The notes under the pieces are model-generated. The model saw only the letters and a program-made list of their open reading frames with translations, did no database searches and had not been told where the DNA came from. A DNA stretch of 64,000 nt from Glycera tridactyla (taxonomy: Eukaryota). The DNA lies in the NCBI GenBank assembly GCA_965644265.1, contig OZ286465.1, forward strand, positions 62,124,001 to 62,188,000. Direction: 5' to 3'. Shown here in pieces: positions 48,337 to 59,958 of the stretch (position 1 is its first letter; each line of letters starts with the position of its first letter). A program made the position numbers and the translations under genes.

Positions 48337-51300
48337 CTACAAGGATGGTACAAATGGAAACAGATTTTAAGAAAGTATATCTCTTTGATCAGTCCACATC
48401 ACAGTCTCAAGCTTGATCTCCTCCCCATGACTTCATTACTTGTTTCACCTGTACAGCAGAGATGCATCTAGGAATTCCAAATTAGGGTCCAATCGGCCCT
48501 TTTGATTGACAAATTGGTGCCATTGCAGGAGACCAACATAGTGAAAGTAGTAAGATTATCAAACAGGGGAGGGGGGGGGGGGGAATGGGGATCTGGCACA
48601 CTATCATTTTGAAAAGGGACTGAAGATGACAAATGTGTGTCAATTGGCCCACTCCCCTTCCAAGATGCAACACAGCTGTTCACAGTTTTTTGGGGAGGAG
48701 TACTTAGCAATGCATGATAAATGATGGGCATAATATGGGCCCCCGTTTGAGTGGGAGGGGATGGGCTTCTAAAATGATTGGGTTTTGTGACAAAACAAGC
48801 ATGCATATGCTACAAAGTTAAATTTTTGACTGATAAACGTCTCTCATACAAGGTTCATTTCACAAAGCGAGGCTCACCACATTAAACCTGCTTAACAGCC
48901 CACTTGTACTCACTGAAAATTCCAAGAGATGAAAGCTATAGTTTTTCATGCTACAAATGTAACGCCACGTTTTTGAACATGTGACGTTTGTTAGAATAAC
49001 ATGAACAATATAGGGATTTCTGGTAGCGGAATTCGCGGAATTCCTCTTTTGAGGCCCGCGGCACTAGTTTAACGCTACTAGATTGATAATTATTTCTTCC
49101 TACTCCTGAAGCATGAGATAGTTTCACTTCTATTAGTTGAGAAACAGTGGCAATCCTGTTAGTTTTCTAATATTTGTTGTTTCACCTATCTGGTTGTTGG
49201 TGTGGCAACTAGAGCTCGAGTTACACGCAGTGGAATCGCCGTTCGCGGTGGGTGCCCAGCTTGCAGTGTTTCTAGGGTGAAACAGTAGAAATGCGATATC
49301 TTCATGAATAATGGACGTAGGGAGACCATATTTTTACACGATACGTATCTGTATTAGGGCTAAAGATATCCCGAAGATGGGGATTGTATCTTTTGAGGCA
49401 AATTTGTTAGTCCGTGGGATAGGTTGTTTATCGGACGGTTTTTTGCCAACATAGTTGATCACACAGTATAGTGAACGACTCCCTGAGCAGGAGGAGCTCG
49501 GAGTCGCGCAGGAGGAAAGTGATCTGCAATGTACATGCAATGTACATGTTTTCTCAGAAAATCTTCTGTAATTGATCTAGAAAAGTCTCGAGCGAATACT
49601 TTCGAGGTAGCTGACTCGAGGAGCTTGACATCGCTTCTCCCGCTCTTTTTTCCCGCTCTTTGCTGGCTCTTCAGGACGGATACATAAAAGTATTCCAGAC
49701 AGGAGTTCTGGCACTTGGAAATTCTGTCCTGAAGAGTACGCACCGGAGCTGAGGGAGTCGGGAGCAGAGAACATCTTGCTTCTCCAGTATCGCTGCACTG
49801 GAATAGAATCAATGGACTCCACTACATCATCCTGAGCTCTACTACATCCAGTAAGTGTTCATGAGATTTAGAAACGTTTTAGGATCCTTTTAGGAGGCTT
49901 TATTAGGCGTCATTTTCCCCATTTGCCCAAATGGCCATTTTTAGTATCATGCCATTTCATGTCATCGGATCTTCCGTGTTTTGTATTGAATGTACCATCT
50001 TTCGAGCATACGTGGTCAAAATCTAGAATTTGCATGTTTTTGGATGATTTTGGATCATTTTGGATGATAGGATTTTGTTCCATAAATGCCGTCCTGATCC
50101 AAACAACTAGCTGATAATTCTCGCGGATATTGGTAGTTCTATCTGTTTCTGTAAATTCCCTGTGCTGTTCCGGTGATTTTGGAACAATTGGAACTGCGTG
50201 GAACTATGCCGTGTTCCTCCTGCGTTGTTCCCGGTGCAGTACGCCTGTTTGGGTGGAACAGGGCTATGCAGGAATTTGTGATATAGTATTTAACGCTTGG
50301 ACTCACTGAATCCTCCGGGTGAGAGAAGCTGTGTGTATGAACTGCTAACACGTCTCAATATAGCTCCTACCGATCAGATTCTGATCATTTGTGTAATATT
50401 TCGGATTTCTGTGTGAATTAGATGATTGAATCATTCAAAATTCAATTATATTCATGGGATTTCCCTATAGGAATAAAATAGTGAAAGGAATATTTCTGTA
50501 AGATCATTTTCAGTTGAAATATCAGCAGAGACGACTGTGTCTTTTCTCTCTGAATCTGTGTGTTTTTAGACCCGGCTACTCTACCAGTCCATGTGGGCTG
50601 AGTTGAAATGAACATGCCTATCTCGGTATGACAATGGCAGCTCGCTGTCATGTGTACTAACCAGGTCACCGCTGAGGTGAACTCTGCTGCTGGTTTCGTA
50701 AATAGCACACACAGCTGATCTGTTTTTCTTTAGCTTCCTTGCTCATATGAATAGAGATCCAGTCAATCTTTTCTTTTCCGAGTGAAATTCTTTATTGAAA
50801 AACGTATTTTCATTGAAACGGCTTGTTTTGAGAAGGTAATAATCTAACGTCGTTCATATGGTGTGAAAATCTGAAATTCTTTGACGGTTAACCGATCGAT
50901 TAATCGATTAATCGACCGATCAAATATGCTTCAATTTCAGTATTCTGAATTTATTTCGGCTTGCAAAAAGCTTGTTTATAAACGATCAAGTGCTAGTTTG
51001 ATGGTATTTCAATTTCCATGACCACAACTGTCGTATTTGTCAATTGAAGATCCGGTGGAATGTTTTTGGTGCTCGTACTTGTAATAGACACGAAGGGGAG
51101 ACGACAAACCGAGGCTTATTTTGTTTACACGTAGTGCCTGCTTGTGATTCATGTGCTCGGCTTGAATTTAGACTTTTTCGGAGAAGGTCCACTCTGATAA
51201 GCTTGATTTCTGTCCTAAGCGCCGTATATCCTAAGCACGGACCCGTCCTAAGCTTGCTTAGTCTTGTGTGATGTCCCTGAGTCCCGTGACCTACTTTTTT

Positions 51301-54300
51301 GAGGAAACCTCCATATTGAGACCAACCTGTCACATGTGACCACCGTGAGATTTTTGGTCTATATGATCTGCGACATCACGTTGGGCTGTATTTTCGAAGG
51401 AAAATTCTTTTGAATTGATTTTAGACCTTCAAACGGCTATATTTGTAATTGTTTTGCTCTCGTAATGAATAAGCTGCAATGCGCTGTCATTTGAGCTCCG
51501 AAACACTTTCTGAGCGATCTGGAATGAACAGCTGTCTCTGACTGATCGGTCAGATGTAAACAATCCGCCATTTTGGATTTCCATCCGCCACATGTATGAG
51601 CCTCACTTTGAGCCTCCGATCCACTTTACACTTTTCAACAAGTTTGAAACTTTATCACTTTTGGATAAAAGCTTTTAGATGCTTTAGAATTGATCGGAAC
51701 TGTTTCTCGTTATGTGCGGATTGCTTTTATAGAGCTTCAGTGTGCTGGCTTTAGCGCTATTTGTGATTTGACAGCGCGGACTTAGCGCGTTGACTAAAAC
51801 TCAGCACGGTGCTTACCGGACTTACTCATGGTCTTACCTAGTAAGCACATTTGTGTTTGAGGTTTGTGACATATGGGACTGCATGTAAATGCATTTCGCT
51901 CTTATATTTCTGGAATTACATGACTAATTTTGACTTTAGACATTACCAAATGGCTTGAAATGAGTTGAAATTGGGATTTGGTGAATTTTAGAATTCGAAC
52001 TTAGCACGGACTTGGTAGATCGGAACTTAGACCCCGCTGCTGTTGCAGCTGTGACTTAGTTCGTTCCGGTCTATGTTAGGTAGGTCATACTCACAGTGTA
52101 AGGGAGGGGGAACTTGGGTTGATTTCAGATCTTGCCTCTTGCTTCGGTGAGTGGTGACTTTATCTGATACTGTCTACAAAGACCACCTGTTCTGAATAGA
52201 TTAATTTCTCTATCTTGGATTCTTAACTTAGAATTTATTCAAATTTTTGAATTTGATTTGATGAGGACTTAACTATTTTTGATTTTGAAAAGCGTGCTAG
52301 CTCTTTTCATGCAGACAGTTGGACTTCAACTTTTTTCGCTGTATTGCTGTTGCATCATGATCCCAGCTGACTGAGAGAGGACTTGGTGTGATCGCCTTTC
52401 TAGTTCATTCCCCGTGAACTTAGCTCTCTCTGATTCAGCTGATGATATTTTAATGTCTTGTTCATTGATTGATTAACTTAGTTGGCTCAGTGCCTGCTCC
52501 GTTGATAATGGCTTAAGTGCATTGAGATTTCTTTTCAACGGTGATATTTGCTGATTGCTTTTGACAATCTATTCAACTGAATGTTGAAATATTTCTAGTA
52601 ACTCGATCATTGGTAACTTGTAAGTTAAATTCTTATGCTATTTAGTTAGTGGGGAATAGAGTGGGATCCTGCCTTCCCACTATAATAGATCTGGCAAACT
52701 GCAAGTAACTAAGTGCACGCAACAAACATAAATAAAAACTTAGAGTTGTTTTAAGATACTTTTTGAATTAAAACTTTTTCTTTATGATACTTGGACAAGT
52801 TGGTAGGAGACTTTTTTTATCTTCTTGCAGCGACCAACGCGTCTGAGATGTCGTAAAATCGAAGAGGTGCGTACTCTTCAGGCCACTCCATTCCCACGTC
52901 GCCCCCCAGGCTTATGGGAATCTACTAATATAGGCGGATATGCCTAGTCGTCGTCTACATATTCTTTAGTGTGTTTAACGCACTATACACATGGGAGATG
53001 TGTAGGACATGATCTCTTCACACGGTGAGATGCTGTTAGCTATCTTTACGAGATAAGCTACTTCACTCGAGAGGAATGATGTCTCCTCTTTACTTCTACT
53101 TCCATCAATGATACGCGTTCTATGTCAGCTACCATCATCTTCTAGCTGATATGGATATATAACCAAAGTTCGTCATCACATGTGCAACTAGGTGGCCACC
53201 ACTATATTAACTTTTAAAGTCGATCTTGCATCGTGGGTCTTTAACCCAAACTTTTAAAGTCATATATCTAAAGTGCACTAACTATCTAGACACAGTGTCT
53301 TTGACTTTGTTTATATTTCTAGCTAGCTGCCGTGGCCACTTCTCAAGCGCCCAAGTCAACGATGGAACAAGAAAGAAGATAGTACTATAAAAGGGTTTGA
53401 GCTCAATTTTGTGACTATTTGAGTGTGTACTTGTATAACTCATTGAGGTACCTCACTTTGTCATTCAGACATGAATATCCTGTGTACGTGTATGTCGTGA
53501 GTTGAATAATTCTGATATATCACCGGTATTTATGTAACACGAGTTCAGCCATACTTGTCATATATGTATATGATTCAGATCTGAATATTTGAATTGAATT
53601 TATTTATTGCATCATGAGTGTAACTGACTTTTTGTCTAATTGATACCGTGATAATCTATTTGGCTTCATTCAATTTATGATCTATCATTTACTACCTACC
53701 TACTATGTGAACTTATACAAATTAAAATATGTATCTACAACTCTATTTATGTGTCATCTTATACTTTTGAACCAACAATTGAGTTCCCTGTGTGATGAAA
53801 GAGATGTCTTTATAGATTATGGTTTCATTAGAGCTGGCAAACAATGGGATTCAACATGTAATACTGATCGCGCATTTTAACATCTTTTAGTACAACGTAA
53901 ATATTTTTGTGAACATCGATCCACAGGAGCAATGCCATTTATTTTGACATTGGGATAAATGGGGTAAAAGCCCGGTTAACCTTTACATTGCTTCCTGCTG
54001 TTCTTGATAATGGTAATTTAATCAGATATAAGCTTCTTGCCAAGGTTGCATCTTAAGGAAGAGGAGGGAATACTCCTACAAGCCTGTCGGATGACTGGTT
54101 CAATTCTATTGTCATATTGGAAGGATTACACAAACAAGAGGTAGTATTCTTTATTACTGGGAGGTGAAAATCAAACCCAGTTTGAAACCATGACCCCTCT
54201 CCATCCTTGTTACGGACTTTTATTTTTAATCAGCCGAAGACCCATCCCCCTTCAAACTGATGCAGACACACTATGTACTACATTTTCTTTGAAAGTGGAT

Positions 54301-54664
54301 ATGAGATTTTTAAAAGTTGCCTCCCTTTCCCGGTGAAAGTTTGCTCGATATGAATGCATCCATGAACAAATAAGAACCAACATATTTTTTTTTATACATA
54401 ATTTTCAAAAACTGAATAAATTCATCAAATTTCTAATGAATAACAGCAATTATTCATGCAAGTAGAGAGCACAGTCTTGTTTTATGCTGATGATTCTTAT
54501 TTAGTGGAATCCATGTAATTTCCCATGCAAAAGATTAGTGGGAATTTTTTGGGTGTATGTCATCAGATTTTTGCCTCAGTCACCTGAATTGGCAATCTTA
54601 TTTGATTCCCACAAGTTTTTTTTGGTGCCCTTGGAGCTGATTCCTGGTGACAGGTTTCAATGTA

Positions 54665-54845
54665 CAGTCAAACCTTCTTGAGATACCACCTCTCTATATA
54701 GATCACCTAACTATAAAAACCACCGAGCTGCGACTGTGAAAGTATTTCCAACAGTAAATGTTCTCTCTACAAAGACCTACTGCCTACAAAGACCACTATC
54801 TGATGCAACTAAAGGTGGCCTTCATAGACAGGTTTGACTTGACTA
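54665..54845. mobile_element. CAGT-terminal MITE in THOC7 intron 4
   Basis: TA|CAGTCAAACCT...AGACAGGTTTGACT; the right half matches the MITE fragment nested in the CACTA elements. Confidence 0.8.
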
Positions 54846-54881
54846 TATCAAACAAATGTCTCACTTTATCCACACACTCAC

Positions 54882-54968
54882 CTTGTCTATTTCGACGAAT
54901 GCGCTTTGCTTGCTTCAATTCATCCTTGCACTCATTTATTTTCTCATATGCTGAACTAAGACCATCCT
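54882..54968 (-). CDS. THOC7: THOC7 exon 4
   Basis: (K)DGLSSAYEKINECKDELKQAKRIRRNRQ; 87 nt; TTTCAG/GTGAGT. Confidence 0.97.
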
Positions 54969-55319
54969 CTGAAATAAAGTGAACATGCTTCATGCTACAG
55001 GCTTATCTTGCAAGCATATTTCCTGAGTGATGGACGTCATGGATGAACTTAACGGAGCGGGACATCTCAGTACTTCAGCTAGAAATAGGATGGTTCCTGA
55101 GTAGCAATACATATCTCCCAAACACGACCCACTCTCAACCGGGATAAGGGACGGCACATTCTCCCGCCAATTTACCGGGATATCCTAAACCAATCACATG
55201 ACAAGATACTAACAAAGCAGTCATGGGACAACGCTACTACTTCACATTTGCCAACAGCAGAGGAAAAGAGCTGGATGGCATCCTTGAAATCTTGTGATTA
55301 ACTTTCAACACTACACTAT

Positions 55320-55481
55320 CAGGGCTCCATATTAACTTTTTTCAGCTATCCTTCAGGCAGGTTAAGTACGATTTTTACCTGCCCTCCCTGCACATTGGGC
55401 AGGCAGATTGATAAAATCACCTGCCCTAACAGCAAATCTGCCTGCCTGTGCCAGTAGGGCAACCATTAGCGTGGAGCCTCG
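55320..55481. mobile_element. Possible hAT-like MITE in THOC7 intron 3
   Basis: CAGGGCTCCA...TGGAGCCTCG degenerate TIR, internal CCTGCC/GGCAGG repeats; no 8-bp TSD. Confidence 0.4.
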
Positions 55482-56231
55482 ACTGTGAGTACCGTGAAAA
55501 TTCTACATTAAGTAAATTGACCTACTTTGGAACAATTTGGCGAAATGATTCATGATGTTTTGACCATTCTCCTAGTAATCTTGGTCATGTGATGGATTGG
55601 TGAGTTTGGATCAGTGCCTAGGTGCAGGAGGTTGTAGACTGTGGCAGGTGGTATCCCTGGTCCCTGTTCATTGTTGGGTTGTGCTGGTGGATGTGCCTGG
55701 CTTCTTTCACTCTAAGTAAGGTCCAGTTTGCTTCAATGCAGATGATTTTTTACTTTGTGTAGTGGTCAGTGTTTTGGAAGTGTTCCCCTACTACGGCTGT
55801 AGGGATGTCCAGGTTGTTGTGTCCTTTGAACCTGGTGAACTCCTAATGTTACTCTCATTTCACCAATGTATTTTTGGGTCATATCATGGTTGCATTGGAT
55901 TTTGTAAATCACCCCACATTTGCCGACAGGCTACAACCTACTCCTGCAAATTGGGAGGATGAATAAACTCACTAATCGTTCCAAAGTAGGTTAGTTTACG
56001 TTCATCATAGATCCTCTAGGAACCAAGGAAGACATACATGTATTTGCAATTTTACAATTATAGTTCCAGGCTGGCCAGTTCAAGCTCCAACATTGGTTAA
56101 CTCCTCGAGGTGTTAACCCCCCCCCCCCTCCCAAAAGATGCCTTAACACTTTCTAGTAATTTTGCCATCTTGAAATATACAATTTAGAGACAGCAACAAG
56201 GAGCCTAAGTTGAATAGCCAAGCATACTTAC

Positions 56232-56359
56232 TGATTTCTTGGTTGAGTTTCTCATAGTTTTCCTGCTCCCCGAGATTCATGTTATACACTTCCAGAGACT
56301 TGTCTGTGGATTGTTCAATCTGTGCAAGCATTCCTACCAACCGCTGATAGGTGCTGTTA
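56232..56359 (-). CDS. THOC7: THOC7 exon 3
   Basis: (S)NSTYQRLVGMLAQIEQSTDKSLEVYNMNLGEQENYEKLNQEI; 128 nt; TTTACAG/GTAAGT. Confidence 0.96.
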
Positions 56360-57278
56360 CTGTAAAGCAAGAATATTTACAACATTTATGGATCAATTGG
56401 TTGGGGTTTTCTTCAACTACTCTCCCATCGAGAGATCAGACAAACAGAATCACTCTCCCAGAACCGTACAATTTAAAAAAGGAATACAAGCTGAAACCAG
56501 GCTGTCTTGGAGCAAGATGTCTGTTTGAATGAAGGGCATGAACTTCAACTCATCATGTGAGTGATATTTTATTGCAGTCAGAAAAGCACAGGTATATGCA
56601 AAGCCATCTCATCAGGAAAAGGGTGTGCTGCTGGTGGAGACAGAATCGTGGCATTCTGTCTCCAGTGAATATAGTACATCTTCATCAATTGAAAAAATTA
56701 CTCTCTTATTGGGAGAGTGAGATTGGTCTTTTCACACTCCCAAAATCAAAGTCACTCTCCCAGGATTCAGGCTTAACCCAAAGACTTATGTATCTATTTC
56801 TCAATAGATGAACTAAAGCTCAGTTAGTAAAATCAACATCTGCCCACCTGCCTGTGGCTTGTGAAATTGGAAAAAAAACTAAAGTAAATGACAAAGCACC
56901 ACTGAAAATTTGTCAACCTTACTGCTCATACACAAGAGTGAGCTTTCAAATGTGACAAACATACGATTTGTCTAGTGACAGGTTGATATGATATCTGAAT
57001 ACTGTAAATAGCTGTGATTCCGACATGAGTGTGTTTTTACAACTGATTACAATATCAGGGATGTTATAGTGGTTGGCCTCTCTGAACCACCTCCCAATAA
57101 TGACTTGCATGCTTGGCTGAAGACAGTTATAATTGGCAAGTTCAACAGTGCATGTGGGTGCAAAACATGAAATTCGAATGTACATCATGTTTAATTTGAT
57201 AGAATTGAACAGCATGATTCCAGTTGAATGGGATGAAGATGAAATGAGCAGGCACCAGTCCAGGGAAAGATACACTAC

Positions 57279-57399
57279 CTATCCTCTGGAGATTCACTTG
57301 AGTTGGACCACTTAATGAACATCTTGAGGGTGTTATTTATCCGCCGGTCATCCACACCACCATCCCCCTCCAACAACAATCGACGCTTAATAATATCAT
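57279..57399 (-). CDS. THOC7: THOC7 exon 2
   Basis: (D)DIIKRRLLLEGDGGVDDRRINNTLKMFIKWSNSSESPED closely matches the recalled THOC7 N-terminus (DDEVIRKRLLIDGDGAGDDRRIN..VKSFIKW); 121 nt. Confidence 0.97.
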
Positions 57400-57959
57400 C
57401 TGAAAGAAAAAATAAAGTATCTTGCAGGAATAGTGGCCAATAAGCACAGGAATCTATCATGTGGATAGTCCTTCAAGATTTCTTATTGTATACATTAACC
57501 CATGAACGCACCTGACTATCATTTGCCGTCAGAATACAAATGAGAGTGCACAAACTTTGTCAGTTTTTTAAACCAGTTTCTCTCAGTTTAATCCCACATC
57601 TGACACCCTTGTATAACTCAGTAGTGCCTGTTAATCGATGTCAAAATCAGTCAAAATCACCAACAGTTTGAATTATTCAGATACTGATTCTGGTTCAAAC
57701 AGGTGTGTTCGTTGTAAGTTCAAATATATGAGAGCAATTTTTTCTGATGGCAATTGGAATTCTGATGACAAAAAACGGACAGATGTTCACATGGCTTTAT
57801 GCAATATCGTGAATGTTATGTACTGTATGGTAGTTCACAAAACCTGGAGACAACCACATTCAACATTTCTTGGGCAGCGTATCCTATCGGATGAGTGGTC
57901 CAGGACCAACAAATCTCCTGAAGTGGGCAAACTCATTTTGAAGGATTCACAAACTTTCA

Positions 57960-58190
57960 CAGGGCATCAAGATGCCCTGTTAATACAGTGTATTAACAGT
58001 TCATCTTGATGCCCTGTAAAATAATTTCATAAAACAGGGTGAGAGGTTCTTACCGTTAATTAATGTTTTGACCACCATTGGCAGCATTCGTCATAACAAA
58101 TTCCCGATGGCTGCCAGTGGTGGTTGAAATATCAATAAACTGTAAGAACCTCTTACCCTGGTTGTGAAATATTAACAGTTCATCTTGAAG
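57960..58190. repeat. Two adjacent foldback (palindromic) elements in THOC7 intron 1
   Basis: 57960-58016: 27-bp arms (25/27) around a 3-nt loop; about 58018-58185: long imperfect arms including CAGGGTRAGAGGTTCTTAC. Confidence 0.85.
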
Positions 58191-59332
58191 ATGATTCCAA
58201 CCCGATGATACAGTAAATAAATGGAAATATCTGCTACAGATAGACTAAGCCTTCCACAGTCAGATTTTCTTCTGTTATGAGGCATAGGGCTAAAAATTCA
58301 TAAGCCATGAAAATGATTTCTCGATAAGTCAGAGGATCAAATATCCGATCCTGCACTAGGCTGTAGTTCAAGCATATGAGGTGTACAATGGAAATGTTGT
58401 ACTTCATTAGACACATATAGAATGGTCAAAATGAGTATCGTGTAACACAATTTTGTGCTAACAACCTGGAATTACATACCACATTCACACAGATTTCCAT
58501 AGTAGTGATAGACAGGAAGTGAAAGTCAGCAGAATGAAAGTGCCACCTTGTGCCAATAGAGTGAAATAGACTGGTGGAAATTTCTGGAATTATATGTTGT
58601 TATCCTATATTTTCACAATATCTTGCATCTGCCTGTATTTTTATCTTGTTTGATAATTGGAGGGAATGGATATAAGAACTCCAGGAAATTGCCAAACACT
58701 TTCATATGCTGCGGTGAAAGCAAATTTTGCATGAAGGAGACTGCCGCTATCGCTACCACAAGTCTGATGTTTACACCCCTACTCTTGCAAAACCTCAAGC
58801 GGGAACAGGCACTCCGGACGAGACAGGCTGACACTCCGATTACACTTATTGGCAAGATACCATGTGGGATATGCTGGATGACAGCGCTGAATATCCAGAT
58901 AACCTGCTAATGAATCTGAATCCGAGGGGATTCAGAGGTTTAAGCTTCCAAAAGTGACAAAGTTTATAAAAATTAGTAGATATTTATATTTCAGATCTTA
59001 ACTTCAGGCTCAACTGAATCAATATGTGAATCTGAATAAAGATATATTCGACGGCCAGTCATAATGCTTCCTGGTCCTCAGTTACTGACGAGCGCACGCG
59101 CGCGCGTGCATCATGCATGGCCAACCGGCCAACTCATCGTGCCAACTGTCACATCAATCTTAGTGCCTATGTAAACTCGTGATACAACCATTCAAATGAG
59201 TCATACTCCATACGATCTAGAGCAAAAGTACGGGCAAATTAACAGCGACAAATGGATTAGCAACTAAACGTGATCATTGGGCACGTTTACGGTCGGCAAA
59301 GCGTATAGTAAACACGCGTGGATTCGGCGTAC

Positions 59333-59348
59333 CATCTGAAACGGCCAT
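59333..59348 (-). CDS. THOC7: THOC7 exon 1 coding part
   Basis: CAAA-ATG GCC GTT TCA GAT G|GTACGC = MAVSD, phase-compatible with exon 2. The joined CDS is 597 nt, 198 aa, with no internal stop. Confidence 0.88.
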
Positions 59349-59638
59349 TTTGCACCGGCTACGTCCCATATAGCAACGAAGAAAAAAAAGGTTTTGGTCA
59401 TGAAACGTGAGAGATACATCGTTCTGAACATGTTTGAAACAATATTACAATAATGCCACTTCCCCATTTATTATGTGTGCAGCAGCGTTGCACATAAGTT
59501 GAAAAAAGAAACCGGCTAATATGGCAAATTCTTGATGCAGTAAGGGGCCTTCATTCAGACTGAGGCCAATCGGAAAATGTCGGTTCTGACGTCACGTTCG
59601 GCAAAGTTCGGTCAGAGTAAAGCAACAAGAAGTGCAAA
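59349..59638. promoter_or_regulatory. Bidirectional promoter between THOC7 and the ATXN7-like gene
   Basis: 290 nt between divergent ATGs, both in CAAAATGGC context; CCAAT 59566-59570; CRE TGACGTCA 59587-59594; CpG-enriched. Confidence 0.75.
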
Positions 59639-59726
59639 ATGGCGACCTTGGACGACAGTCCATCATTATATTTAGGCCAACCATGGCCAGTATGGGTGGA
59701 GAAGGTGGAAGGAAAGCTTAAACAAG
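59639..59726 (+). CDS. ATXN7: Ataxin-7 family gene, coding exon 1
   Basis: MATLDDSPSLYLGQPWPVWVEKVEG resembles the recalled ATXN7/ATXN7L1 segment [24 protein letters not shown]; in-frame TAA at 59618-59620 upstream; donor AAG|GTAAGA. Confidence 0.8.
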
Positions 59727-59889
59727 GTAAGATGAGATGTGCATGTATCATTAGATAATTTTTTGAGAAGCCCCCATGTGCTTATTTAGTCGATTACATC
59801 GAGCGAAATCATGCGACATGACTTCGCTTGCTGCATCAAACGACGTTGATTGGAGAAATTGTCACATTTTCTTTTTGTGTTTCTTGCAG

Positions 59890-59958
59890 GTTCAGGCAAT
59901 CGTGAAACCAGCCATCCACCGAAGGTTGATAGCGATGCCATGAAGCTTCGAAAAGCAG
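59890..59958 (+). CDS. ATXN7: Ataxin-7 family gene, coding exon 2
   Basis: TTTCTTGCAG acceptor, 69 nt phase 1-1, (G)SGNRETSHPPKVDSDAMKLRKA (compare EVMRLNKE|D); donor CAG|GTAGGA. The zinc-finger exon was not found in this window. Confidence 0.72.

Noticed and set aside
48958-49225. Solo LTR (TGTAAC...GTTACA)
   Set aside because: No TSD, no second copy, and no clear PBS or PPT.
52860-52950. Tyrosine-recombinase motif (YSSGHSI)
   Set aside because: Single weak motif; the other catalytic residues are not found.
57638-58910. PHD-like (CVRC...) and transposase-like (RYHKS) peptides in THOC7 intron 1
   Set aside because: They need several assumed frameshifts; similarity is too weak to call.
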